DNA of 64,000 bases, from NCBI GenBank assembly GCA_004431415.1, contig QPMI01000194.1, forward strand, positions 1 through 64,000, read 5' to 3'. Made by a program: the position numbers and the translations under genes. Shown in pieces: positions 49,136 through 61,842 of the stretch (positions within the stretch are counted from its first letter, which is position 1; each line of letters starts with the position of its first letter). This DNA is from Cyanophora paradoxa CCMP329. Its lineage: Eukaryota > Plantae > Glaucophyta. The notes under the pieces were generated by a model. That model had not been told where the DNA came from, did not search any database, and worked only from the letters and a program-made list of their open reading frames with translations.

Positions 49136-49292
49136 CCCGCGGGGTGCAGTCCGCGAGAGCTCGGGGCTTGTGCAGTTCGCGAGAGCTCGGGGCTTGTGCA
49201 GTCCGCGAGAACTAGTGCAGGATCTGATTCCATTCCCATCGACAGCGTGAATTTGGATTCCCCCCCCCCCCCCCTTCGTAATTTCTTGCTTA

Positions 49293-49383
49293 TCGATTCG
49301 AAATGATACTCATGCTTTTTTTTCCATCAACTTGTTCCTGATGCCACATCCCCCCGGGTCCACACCCACCCCTCAAGAGCCCC
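49293..49383. repeat. Dispersed repeat family B, copy 2
   Basis: Matches 16981-17068. Confidence 0.9.
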
Positions 49384-49753
49384 ACCCCCTACGCCTCGGG
49401 AAAATCTGTGTCGAAGGCCCCACATGCTATGACAGGGCGTAGGGACTTTGAGAACCTGGATATATATATACACCGGCGCCCTGCGCATGCATGCACGTGC
49501 ACGCGTACGCGCGCTAATTATAATATACTCGCAGATACGAGCCGCGCTTTCGAGGCCGAGCGCCGGCCGCTTGCATCATGTTGCATGCGCATATGCAATT
49601 GCGCGCGCCGCACACGTACGCGTACAAGATCTCGATCGTATATATCCTCTGGGCCATGGATGAGCGGTCACTTTCCTGGCATCGTACCCCTGAGCCCTTC
49701 AGTTCGCCCCCCCCATCCGCCACCACCTCGTTCGCCCCACCAATCCCACAGCT

Positions 49754-51863
49754 ATGCGCCTCTACACTTATCCCGGTAACAACCGCGCGGCAAAGGCGCT
49801 CATCGCGGCCAAGTATGCTGGCGTCGCGATTGGTGACTTGCGCCCCACTGCCGCGCGCCGCTTGCGCCTCACATTACGTCGCAGAGGTCCCTGCGTTCAA
49901 CTTCGGTGCCGACAACCAGTCCGCGGACTTCAAGGCGAAGAACCCGCTCGGCAAGGTGTGGCATTCGGGCGCTTAAGATGTTTAGCGGAGACCTTCGAAC
50001 GCGAATGATCTTTTGGCCAGGTTCCCGTCCTCGAGACTCCCGCGGGCTGCATCTTCGAGAGCAACGCGATCGCGCGCTACGGTCCGTCCCGCCCTCCGGC
50101 TTCCATTTGGTCATTGATCAAGCGTACATTACAGTCGCGCGCCTGCGCCCGGATGCGGAGCTCTACGGCACTAGCTTCTTCGAGTCCGTGCGCTCGATCC
50201 TTCCTGCCGTGTGGCAGCGGCCCCTCACTTCGATCGCAGGGCCAGGTCGACCAGTGGCTCGACTACGCCATGAACGAGCTCGAGCTCCCCGTGGGCCAGC
50301 TGACCTACCCCCTCATGGGCTACATGGTTGCCAACAAGGCGGTCCGTGAGAGCCGTCAAAAGAGTACCGCCGGTTGAAGCGTACCGACGATTTGCAGGCT
50401 ACGGACAAGGCAAAGGCCGATCTTCTGAAGCAGCTTGATATCCTCGACCACTACCTCGTGTCCCGGACCTACTTCGTCGGCGAAAAGATCACACTGGCCG
50501 ACATCTCCCTGGCTTGCACCCTCGTCCACGCCTTCCGCCTGGTTCAACCCAAGCCCACTGCTTTTTTAACTCGTCGTTGAACCAATTTCTTCCAGGCTAT
50601 CGATGCTCAGCTCCAGGCCAAGTACGTGAACGTGACTAGGTGGTTCACGACTTGCATCAACCAGCCCGAGTTCAAGGCGGTGCTCGGCGAGGTTAAGCTG
50701 GGTGACAAGGCAGCTGACGGTCCGAACGAACCTCTTGCTATGCCGATGAGTCCTGAGTATTTCGTGCGCCCTGCGCTTGCTCAGGTGCGGCGCCCGCCGC
50801 GAAGAAGGAGGAGAAGAAGAAGGAAGAGAAGCCCAAGGAGGAGAAGAAGCCGAAAAAGAAGGAGGAGGAGGATGATGGCGAGGTGTGGCAGGAATTTGTC
50901 GAATAGTCCGTCTTTGTTGGCGCCAACAGCAGATACAGGAGGACTACGGCGACGAGGATGGCGAGAAGGGCAAGAGCAAGGCGCCGCACCCGTGCGACCT
51001 TCTGCCGAAGAGGTGCCTGCTCCCCGAGTGCGGAGTGGTCGATTTTTTTTGATTGCTTTGCAGCTCTCTGGTTTTCGATGACTGGAAGCGGATGTACTCC
51101 AACAATGACACTCGTGCGGTCGCACTGCCTTGGTGAGCGCATTTTCATGTTTCACCTTCCAAGAGTCTAGCACAGACATGATGCTTTATGCGTAATCCGT
51201 GTTTCTGCTGAAACGACCATGATAAAATTTTTGCTTTCTGAACAGCTTTCAGGATGCCTTATGATCCGCTGCTCCACTTCTTGTGGGAGCGCTGACAATT
51301 TGGGTTCCAGGCTCTGGCAGCACCTGGACAAGGAGGGATACTCGTTCTACAAGGCGGATTACATGTACCCAGAGGAGAACAACAAGCTGTTCATGACCTG
51401 CAACCTCGTTTCTGGCTGGCTCCAGGTTCGCGGCTTGCAGTTCTCGTGGTGATTTCCATTCTGATTGCTTGCGTTTGTAGCGCATCGAGAAGCTCCGCAA
51501 GTACGGCTTCGGCAATGTGCTTATCCTCGGCGACGAGCCCAAGCTCAACATCTCGGCCATCTGGATGTTCCGTGGCCAGGTCTGCAAGAAGTCGTCTACA
51601 TCAATGCTGCGGGGTCCAATGCTCTTCTCTAGGTGCCGCCGCCCGAGATGGCGAACTGCGATGACTACACGAACTACACCTGGGAGAAGCTGAACGTGGA
51701 CAACGAGGCGCACAAGAAGATGATCGAGGATTACTTTGCGTGGGATGGTGAGAGCATCAAGGGCAAGAACTTCCGTGAGGGCAAGGTCTGTGGCTCGGTT
51801 TCATTCAAACACAGGGTTTGTATCAACACCATTAACTCTCCTTTTATGCAGGTCTTCAAGTAA
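49754..51863 (+). CDS. EEF1G: Translation elongation factor 1B gamma
   Basis: MRLYTYPGNNRAAKALIAAKYAG, KNPLGK|VPVL, NVTRWFTTCINQPEFK, DDWKRMYSN, FMTCNLVSGW, EDYFAWDG..GK|VFK*. Confidence 0.97.
51174..51245 (+). ncRNA. Candidate intronic box C/D snoRNA, U18-like
   Basis: Inside an unusually long 178-nt intron (51133-51310): C-like ATGATGC 51178, guide TCCGTGTTTC 51196-51205, D' CTGC/CTGA, C'-like ATGATA 51219, D CTGA 51238. Confidence 0.55.
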
Positions 51864-52009
51864 AAGCAGATTCAAGCACAGCCATTGAACTTCGCCCTCT
51901 GCAGACAAGTGTATCGAGGGAAACTCTTACGAGACTCCTTGCAATACATCAGAAAACTCCTTGCAAGTCTGGGCCTGCTACAATTTTGGGGCTGTACACT
52001 GCAGCTGCC

Positions 52010-52177
52010 GTCGCCACGCACTGCTGTGGTGTTGCCCAAGGAGATTGAATTTGAGGAGACAGAACACTGTGGTTGCTGCCCTGCGCCAGGGCCTGGGTTG
52101 TTCCGGTGGTGCGAGACCACGCCTCGCCACCACCCTAGGGCCAGGGTCGGACTCTTGATGTCCGGTGGGGGGATGCT
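52010..52177. repeat. Dispersed repeat family A, copy 2
   Basis: Matches 19684-19856. Confidence 0.95.
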
Positions 52178-52752
52178 TGTCTGAGATCGCAGGGGCCAGG
52201 CCTAGGCCAAGGCCAGCCTCGCCACCAACTGAAGGGGATAGAAGATCTTGGGATAGAAGCTTAAGGGCCCCCGCCCGAGGGCCCGGGCCGCGGGGTCCAG
52301 CTGCGCATGCAGGGCGTCTCAGAATCTGAGAGTCGCTGAGGCTCTTGCAATTGAGAGTATATAATGCATATATATATGTACACTGAGTGACATGTGGTGG
52401 CCGTTTTTTCGATTTACATGTATACGTATATATATATGTATGCATACGCATGCGTCCAGCAACAACACGCTTGCGCTAGCGCTGTGCACTGCCGCGCGCG
52501 GTGCCTCCGTGGCCACCCCGGTGCCCCCTCCAGCTGCATCCCGTGCACCTAGCCTCATGATCATGATCACCTCCATCCCAGGCCTCCGGTCCCGAGGGGT
52601 CCCAGAGTCCATAAAATCAAGTCTCCCGGGCCTGAATTATTTCAAATTATTTTCCTGTGTCGGTCGATAGGCACCCTTCTGGTGCACTTGTGAACAGCAT
52701 GAGACAGATGAATGCTCTATTGAAAACTAGCTTAGCTACATAATTCTGCTTG

Positions 52753-55700
52753 TCAAAACTGTGACGCTATGGTTCCAAGAGGACGAGATTGGACAAGAAA
52801 GACAACGTCATTAGAGAAAAGCCCTTCAACATCCTGTGGTCCTCCCAGCTGCTGCTCCAGAAAGATGCCAATGGCTGCAAGCTGCGAGCTCATCCGTGTT
52901 CGGAGTTGTGCATCTGAAGAGAACTTCACGCTGGAGTAGTCGATTCTTTGTCTCACGAGACCCGAACTCAGACCACTCCTAGACAAGAGTCGCTGACCAG
53001 GACTGGCACCTGCTGAGCTGAAGGAGAAGGTATCTGGCGATGAATTCTGCACAGATGGCTGTTGAGCAGTGACTTCAGAAGCCTGCCCTAGATTCGGCTT
53101 GAAAGCAAAGCTGAAGGTGGCAAACGACAGAATTCGACAGTCCCGTGTAACCTTGTTGCAGACCAGGCGGTACGGGGTGCCACGGACTCCAGAACACAGA
53201 GTCTCCCCAAGGCCAACGGCCAATTCAAGATATATTTCCTCCGTGCTGCCACTAATTGGATTCCTTGTCATCATAATAAAAGAGTAGTCCGCAGGCACAA
53301 CCATATCCTGTGCATGAAGAACACAAGCATCTGAGCGAACTGGCAAGACAATCGGGGAACAGCGCATACCATGATGAGAACGGACATGTATGCTGCCCGA
53401 TGATCGAGGCCTGTCTGCCTCCTGCTGATCGTCGCCCGCTTTGTCCACAAGGAGGCCCACACAGCTTGAATGGCTCTTGCCAGGGCTCCCTCATCAAATG
53501 GATCTACGCCAGCTATCGAGTCATACAGGCCCGCCCCAGACACCTTGAACAAAAAGATGTCAATAAATGGTAAGGATGGTAAAATACAGAAACAATTCAC
53601 CTTTTCCAAATCCTCAACATTGGCACTAGAGCGAACCATCACCAGTGGGCGCCCGGTGCTGCTCGAGGCATGCTGCACAAAGAACTCTTTAATGGATGAC
53701 GTGATTGTGGTAGGTACTGGCAAGCCACGGAGAAGCTCCTGCAGTCTTTGCGAGGGTTCTGCACAACGAAAAACTGGGAGTGCATCTGACTCGGCAACAA
53801 GCTGCTCGTATTCTGCAGCTGGCCCATCCTGGAGTGCCTTGTAGTACTAAAACGATGAAGTCAGTGCGGAATGAGATGGTACAGGATTGCCAGAAATACG
53901 GACAATGGAGAAAGGAACAACTACAGCACAAGGAGCCTTGAACTGGTAGCCAAGTGGGTCTTGAAACTGTTCTGCAAGTTGAGCCAGTTTCCTGGCACTG
54001 TCTGCCTTTGCGCCACCTGTTTCAGCCCGAACCTGTACAGTGCTGGTGGGGACAGGACACTGTACTGTAAGGGAGAGAGAACTCAATACCTCATTGAGAT
54101 GAAGAATGCAATTTGGCCCAAGGAGGTCCACAGGCGCAGCTTGTACTTTTGGAAGGCGCTCTGCTACAGTAGTGACACCAACCCCTCGTCCTGCAAGAGG
54201 AACAGCACCAATCCCGATCTCATTCCTCTTGTTGCCGCCAAATGGAGAACTCGCAACAGGGCCCCCTTCTGCTGGGAAGTGACCGCTACCAGAGCTGCAT
54301 GCATGAACAACAGCACCCAATGTTGCTCGAGAACCTGCAAGTAATCTCGGCCATCCACGAAGAGAAATAACCAAGGGGATGTGCATGGTCACCAAGACAG
54401 GAATCTTCACAGAAATGTTTCAACTTCACAGAGTCATCGCCTGCATTGGGCTTAACATGCAGAATCATGCCAAGAAAGAAGACCAGCCAGCAAGTGCACC
54501 TTTGACCTCAAGAATGACCTTGCTGCCCAGCAGTGGTCTGTGATCATTGTCCCCCCTTGCTTCGGCAGAGTCTTTGAGAACCTGAAAGCACATAAGTGAC
54601 TAAATACCCACTTGCACATGAGATGTGCCTGAAAAGTGTCTGGATCGTCACAGATCGCAAAGACTACGCCCTCCTGGCGTGCTCTGACACCCAGATGCGA
54701 AAGATGGGGGAGCTCGTGTCCCTGCACACAGGTTGAATCTAGAGTACAGAAAAACCAGAATCGAAATTACCAGAATGATGCCTGCTACAAATCTTGGTAT
54801 CTCTTCCTCGCCCTCTGCACGATCTACGAACGCAATCACCTTCTCCTGAGCATTGCTGCTTATTTCCATCTGTGCTGAAGAAGATGATAGCCCAGGCAAG
54901 TCATCAATGCGATCGGCCTTCACAAGCACACCGACCTGCGATAGGGAGCACGAATGAGATGCAATGCGGTGTACCAAATGTGCTGATGCACCGTGGAGCC
55001 CGACACAATCGCCTCAAAGGGCGACAGCTGAAGCCGGATGCGGATTTCCTTCAGCACGAGAGCAAGTAATTTCGACAGTTGAAATATGAGGTGTGATCTT
55101 ATGTTGCTCTCACAGAACACCCGAACTGCAACAGGATCCACCTGCACCAAGTGTCCCAAGCGATGGGCCCTACACAGAATCAAACAAGTGCACAAAACAA
55201 TGGACGTTAAACGTGCAGACCTCTCAGTGAAAAGGTTCAGAACACGTTGGGAGAAATCATCAGCAAGACGATACGCTCTGTCAACGGTCGCCTTCAAGCC
55301 AAGAAGCTCAGAGCGAACAGATGGGTCCAACGACCCAAAAGACTTGAACTCGTTGTAGAGGGCTTTGCACTCTTCAGCATCTACACCGCCAAGTCCCTGC
55401 AATAAAACCCAATCATTTATGCTCGAATTGCAGGTAGAACATTGCATAACGTTTTGCGGGCATGACATCGCATGACTCACCACATTGCGGACAGTGAGGC
55501 CAAGTGCAGCAATTGCTCGGGCCCATGAGTCCTTGTCAAGCCGCCGGTGACCATCAGCTCCCAGGCTGTTGATCAGCTCACTGAGAACAACGAAAGCGTA
55601 CTCCTCCATCTTCAAGGCGCCTGGGTCAGACCAAAACGAATAGAAAGGTCACATCAAACCCATGCACCCTGATGTCGGCGATTCGTATTCGCTGGAATGT

Positions 55701-57689
55701 GTCCCCCGTGATGTGTAGCCCCTCCTCACCATTGATGATAGCCGCAAGGTGCTCCCGGACGGATGTGAGCCGCATGAGAGTGATAAGCTTGTCTCCCTGA
55801 AACTGCATCTGTTGCAACTGCGCCCCTTGGCCAGCAAAGCTAAAACCGTGCTGCTTCGCATGGAGAAATGCTCTTATGAGCTCACAGCCCTTCGAGTCGG
55901 GCTCTCCACGTTGAACCATGCCGTTCAAGTGGTCCTCCAGGCCAGTTGCGTTGAAAAATTCTAGGAGCTCCTAAAATGAAGTCAGCAAATATGAGTTGAA
56001 AGCGAATCGAAAATAAAGCATTACCTGATGAAAAAGGCGGAACTGCGAGATGAAAATATCTGGATAGTTTGTACCAGGGGTAGTTATCCTGCGGAGAATG
56101 TCTGCACTTGTAACAAGATCCTCTGGACCAGCACATCTGCAAGAGCGGCTGTTTTTTAGAACTTGCCAAACACGGAGAAACAGGCCAGTATGCGCAACCT
56201 ATGGAGCTTGTTCTGTAGTGTGTGCTTTATCTCAAGTTTGAACTCCCGAGGAGTATCCTTGTGATGTGCAATGTCACGAATACGTGTGAGAGGAACAGGC
56301 TGAGTGTAGGCACTGGCATATGAAGGGAGAAGTGGATAGATCTTCCGCAGAATGTAAGATTCACTGGTCAAAACAAGAAGCACAAATCGATGCCGGCCGA
56401 AAAAGCAGGAAACGCAGAAAGGATATGAAAAGATTATCTGGTCCACTAATTTTCGACAGACAATCTTCAATTGCCCTCGAAGTGTTGGCATGATTATTTC
56501 TGCCGTAAAGAAGTGAAACGACGAGAAAATAAAACAGGAGAGAAGCAACTTACGGTCGGTGATGGCCTCCGCCTTCGAAACACGGAACTTCGCCAGTGTT
56601 CACGAAATACAAGTAAATAGCCAGGTTAGCTAGATTGCCAGTGGATGGCACGAAAGAGGGGTCGGCAAAAAGCTGCAAAACGCATCAGGTGAGCGGTAGG
56701 GTTTTGCTATGCAAGTCAAGAAAGCCAGATTGGCTACCTCTCGAATGAAGTCGAGTTTCTGGCGCCAGCTCGGACGCTTATTATTTTCTTCTTTGATGCG
56801 CAAAACGAACTCGTCGGTCTCAATAAAGCCTGTGATTGCTTAGCTTAGTGTGACACACAGGCAAAAAGTGTGGACGAAAGTGCAACACAGGACGGACCAG
56901 GGTCATTTGCTGGGTTTGGTGGGGTCGCATGGGGCCCCTTCCGACTTGCGTAAGAATGCCCCGAGGGGGATCGAGACACAGCCGGAGCGCGTTCTGCACT
57001 GCCGCCCCTTACGGGAGTATCTGCAATGCTCGAAGACGGCACCCGCGGGGCAGCTGGCAGTGGACTGAATCGAGAGGGCGGTAGACGAGTCTGGTCCGAA
57101 AGCGCTCCGGCAGGGCTTTGAGCGCTACCGGTCACTCTGCTTGACACTCTAGGTGCAGATTCTGGCGCAGAGGAGTCTCTTCCAGGTGCGGGAACCTCGG
57201 GCAGCGCCGCGCTGCAGGGCTCAGCGGCTTCCGCCCCAAGAACAGTCACCGTCGGCGCTGCATACGCGAGCCAGGGACAATCACTGGCCGCATATTCATA
57301 ATAAGGGCATGAAAGGAGCTACTGCGCACGGCGATTGGCTCCAAACGATCCGTCGTCAACCTCAATCCTCGCGCCGGCTGGGGAGAAGCTGCGATTACCC
57401 TGGAAGCCCTCCCACCTGACCAGACGACGATCCCGGAGGATGACGTATTTGTACTCGATCGGAGAACCGCTTCGTAGCTGCAGGGCGACGCTCCAAACCG
57501 GGTAGCTAGCGGCGCGGTCAGGAGCGCCGACAGCCAATGATCCAGGTGCACGTACGTGGCACGGTTCGTACTAAGAATGACCGCCTGACTTGGGTCCCAA
57601 GAGAGAACGCCCGGGGCGTTCCCAACCAGGCCGACTGCCTCGCCGAAAACGGTGGTCGCCCTCAAGCAGAAGCGCACAAGCACTTCCAT
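52753..57689 (-). CDS. PWD: Phosphoglucan, water dikinase (CBM20 + phospho-His + PPDK nucleotide-binding domain)
   Basis: N-terminal CBM20 (FCLRATTVFGEAVGLVGN..W, IEYKYV..WEG), PLTRIRDIAH, ELPHLSHLGVRARQEGVVFA, VRSSANVEDL, SGAGLYDS, GLGETL, PQDVEG..VQSRP. Confidence 0.93.
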
Positions 57690-58600
57690 CTACCATCAAG
57701 TGGCGATCCCCATCTCCGCGCGCGCGAACGATCGAGAGAGAGAGAGAGAGAGAGAGAGTGGGAGCAAGTAAAAGGCACTTTTAGGAGTCGAACAGGAGTC
57801 CAGACGGCACCGGCGACGGGCATATAATTAATGCGAGAAATACCCCCACATGTATACGGTCCACCAGCTAGAGCCTAGCTGAAATATATTAATGTACAGC
57901 GCTAGCTCGCGAGTGATATGCATATGTGAGCTCAAATATACGTATACGTATACGCGTACACATGCATATAAATATATATATGCAATTCTAATAACAAGTT
58001 ACAGCTTAACTTGTACATGTTAGCGCTAGCACGCGTACGCGTGTTCGAATTTAGATCTGTATCATAATACTGCAGTGAATACGTATACGTAGAACTTCGG
58101 AAGCACGAAGTAGATCCCGGCGCCGGCCCATGCATACCCCTAGGCCTCAGCCATATGGTACCCAGTTACACATAGCTGCATAGTTCGCGTGCGATGAAGA
58201 CATGAAGCTCTCTCACCACTAGAGATGAAGTCTAGAACCGCCAGACGTGAAGTCTGCGTACGTATACAGCTGAAAATGGAACAGCCACCCTCTCACCTTG
58301 AATAGTCAGAGCCTCAAAACCCCAAGGCCACTCCTGTTTCCCAACATTACCACGGGCGAGATCCTTCATACCGCCATATGGGAGAAGCCCGCAGCATAAC
58401 AGCATGTCTGCACATCTTGGAGGGGTGCAAGAAGTACAGCCAGGAGAAAGGAAGCCAGCGAAAAAGGACTCTGTGTGACGAGCCTGTGCACTCCTTCAAA
58501 AATTGAAGACAAACAATCAATTGGAGAAAGTTTGTTTGCAGCAATCGATTCTCTTGAGGCACGACAGTGAGTACTAGCGGCCTGCTGAAGGAGTTGAAAG

Positions 58601-60609
58601 CTAGAACTTGTAGTCGCTGTCCTTGTCCTTCTTTTTGCTCTTCTTGCTCTTGTCCTCGCTCTCCTTCTTTCGTTTCTTCTTTGCTTGCTCGTCGAACACG
58701 TCACCCAGATCCTCCCGAGCTTTCGCCTCCCTTTCTTCGCGAAGCTTCTCTTCATACTTCGCAGACAGAGCTGCATCGTCCAGATTCTCCATATCCGAAG
58801 GATTCAGAGTGATCTCCACTTTGTCCGTCTTCTGACTCTTCATGAGATCCACCTGTGCGCGAAGAACCAATGTCATTCATTAAAAATACGGCGTGCTCCT
58901 CAAAGAGTCGCACCCTCTTTGACGGGTCCACCTTCTGCGCAGCACCAGAGACGGCATAGCCTGCCACACCAGTTAGCAACGGTCAGGCGCTAACGTAAAC
59001 CATGTGACATTCACGCCATACCGTGCTGTGTGCCGAGCAGACCGCCTTGGATGGCAGTCTTCTGCTCCTCCAGAACACGGAAAAGGGGCCGTGCCTCCTG
59101 CGAGGGGAGAACGCTAAGATCGAAGGGGAAAAAAAGCAGCAGAGCAGGATGCACCTCCTCTGGCTTTTGCTGCTTACGGAGATTGATGACTTCTGGAGTC
59201 TCCAGTCCTGATGGAACACTAGAGATTCCAGCAGCCACTTCCTCCTCTGTGACATGCTTCTCCTCTACTTGTTCAGGTGCCTCTGGTGCTTCCTGCCGTG
59301 AAAAGGGCGTGAAAAGGGAGTCGATTCCTCAGTATGGAATTCAGCTGCCAGTCTCATAATAGTTAGTAACCACGTTGCAGGCAGAACACACCTCGGCTGC
59401 CTGCTCAGGCTCCTCAGGCTCCTCTTCTTCTTCTTCGATGTCTCCCCAGTGCGTACGGTCGACTGGCTCGGAAACCGGTTCAAGTTGGGCCATCGTGCCG
59501 AACACGTCTCCATACAGGGGTCGCCCGTACTCGTCAACAGGCGGCTTGCCCCAGCCGCCGGGATGGAAGCCGAACTGACAGCCTGGAGGGATCGGCGCAT
59601 TGAGGCCCGCAATCTTGAGAGTAGGATACGATGGTGGAGGGCCGTATCGCTGCATGTTGATGAGCCAGGGAGGCGGGGCCGCTTCGTTGGTCATGCCCAA
59701 AGCTCGACGAAGGTCTTCGCTGAGCTGGCCAGGCCGCTTCTCTTTGAGCCGCACCTCAAACTCCTTGCCTTCGTAGTACAGATCGCCATGGATGGTCATC
59801 TTTGGCTTGGTCTGGAACTTGAAGAACGCGTCGTGAAGAACCTGGTAGTCGATATCCATCTTGCCCATCTTCGGCTGCATCTTCTCGCGCTGCTTCTGCT
59901 TGAGTTTCTTAGCGTCCTCGCGCTCCTGGTACGTAGCGCGGATTTTGGCGATGCCTGTTGCCTCGATGAAATCGGGGAGTTTGAACGCCGGCTTCTCGAT
60001 GCCGCGCTTGCCCTGCAGGTACTTCCGCTTCTGGTTCCAGTGCTTGGGCACGGGAACTGTGTTCCGGTAGGACTTGAGATAGACAAGTAGCCGAGGGTCC
60101 GCCGACGTCACATCCCAAGCCTCCACGACATCAGGACGCTTAACGAGCTGTTTGAGCTCTGCTATACTGAGTCGCTTGAGCTTCTTGCGCTGTTTCTTCG
60201 ACATACTCTTCTCGTTCGCGTTGCCATCCGCTCCACCGGAGTCGCCAGACGGACCCGCGCCGTCGCCGGCGCCAGCACTATCTGCACCCGCGTCCGTGCC
60301 CTCGCCTGCAAGCGCCTCTGCCTTCGTGAAGCGGTCGAAGATCTTGCGGAATTCTTCGTGTGCGGGGTCATCCTCCTGGAGGTCGTTCGCAGTCACGTAC
60401 TCTATCTCGATCTCGTCTGCTGCGTCCTCGGCTTCGGACGCAGTGCTGGCGGCACCGACACCGCCGCTTGGGCCACCACGCTGCTTCTTCCGGCGCTTGC
60501 GCTTCTTCTTCTTCGAAGGATCCGCCGCGTGCAGCTCCGGTGCCTCCTCGGTGTCCTCAGAGCTCGCTAGAATCGCGTCGAGCTCGTCCATCGGCCTGCC
60601 CCGGCCCAT
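58601..60609 (-). CDS. SF3B2: Splicing factor 3B subunit 2 (SAP145/Cus1)
   Basis: ELKQLVKRPDVVEAWDVT..DPRLLV.LKSYRNTVPVPKHW, PPPWLINMQRYGPPPSYP, WGKPPVDE, ends DYKF*. Confidence 0.98.
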
Positions 60610-61110
60610 TTTCTTACGCGCGGGACACAATGCAAGTGGGGCATTCGCACCCAATGGATTCGCGGAAGCTCGTGCGCGTGCGCCAGAACCAGAATTCCGG
60701 TGCAGATAAACAAGAGGTACGAGTGCAGAAGCCGAAGGCCGCCGTCAGAAGGCCGCCCTGAAGGCTGCTCCGGGGGGTACGCCTCCTTACTGGCTTGAGC
60801 GCTAGCTTGAGACTGAGATCTTAGTTAGAGCCTGCAGATAACGCTAGCTATAGCTAGCGCTGGTAGAATTCGAAGTGTCGAATCCACTAGTACTCGTATA
60901 CGTATATACGTAGTACTACGTATACGGTACGTAGTACGGAAATCAGCGCGCAGGGCCGTTTCTCGCTGTCCGACGGTACCGGTCGCCAAAATGTGCGCAT
61001 ATGGCGGCCTTGCGCGCACTGCGCGCTGCAAGGCCTTACGTAGCGCTTACGAATTAACTTACGTAGCACGAAGTTATGGAAAAGGTAATTTCGTAATGGA
61101 GCCTCGGAGT

Positions 61111-61174
61111 GTAAGCAATTTTGCTTACGCGCGGAACCCTAATTTGAAGATTAAGGTACCGGTTCCGCGCGTAA
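61111..61174. other. Overlapping inverted repeats (alternative hairpins)
   Basis: TTACGCGCGGAACC 61125-61138 / GGTTCCGCGCGTAA 61161-61174 (14/14); GTAAGCAA 61111-61118 / TTGCTTAC 61121-61128. Confidence 0.85.
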
Positions 61175-61842
61175 TATAAGCTACAGCCTTAAGCTCCGCG
61201 TTGCGATTGTGATACCGTCACGGCGTAGCCCCGGGCCGGGGGGCCTGCGTCCGACTCGTCCAACGCCATGATGGTCCGAGCAGGCTGCGGCGCTCAGGGA
61301 GCTCCGGGGCTACGTATACGTATATACGCGGTTTTCCTCAGCGCGATTTCCCTCGCGTAAGCTACACGAAAGCTACTAGGCTACACGCAATTGCAAGCTC
61401 CGAGCTCGAGGCTAGTCCGATCCAAGCTTCCGATTTTGCCTCTTTTTCAATATCTGCTACGTGTCCTTAATTTCTCGCTACTAGGCTACGTATACGTAGT
61501 GCCACGACAGCAAGAAACGGCCCAGCTGCAGTGACCTCAAGCTTCGACGTTGGACATCGACTTCAGCTATACTTCAGCCGCTAGCGCCGAGATTAAGAAA
61601 TATGACTCAGTGATAAACTTGAACAGCTTGGGAGTTTTGAGCAGCGCTTGCGCTGCTGTTTACAAAGTTAAAATTTACCGTTGAATATACTAGTGAGTTC
61701 GAGTGCTGTTGTTGACGGCGAGCTCACTCGAGTTGCATGCATTTGCACAACGTTAGCGATGGCGTTAGTTATGCCACTAGGTCCTGCAGCTGGCCAGCTC
61801 ACGGGTCATCTTTCCCTGCATCCGGCTTAAGTTGCAGCGAGG

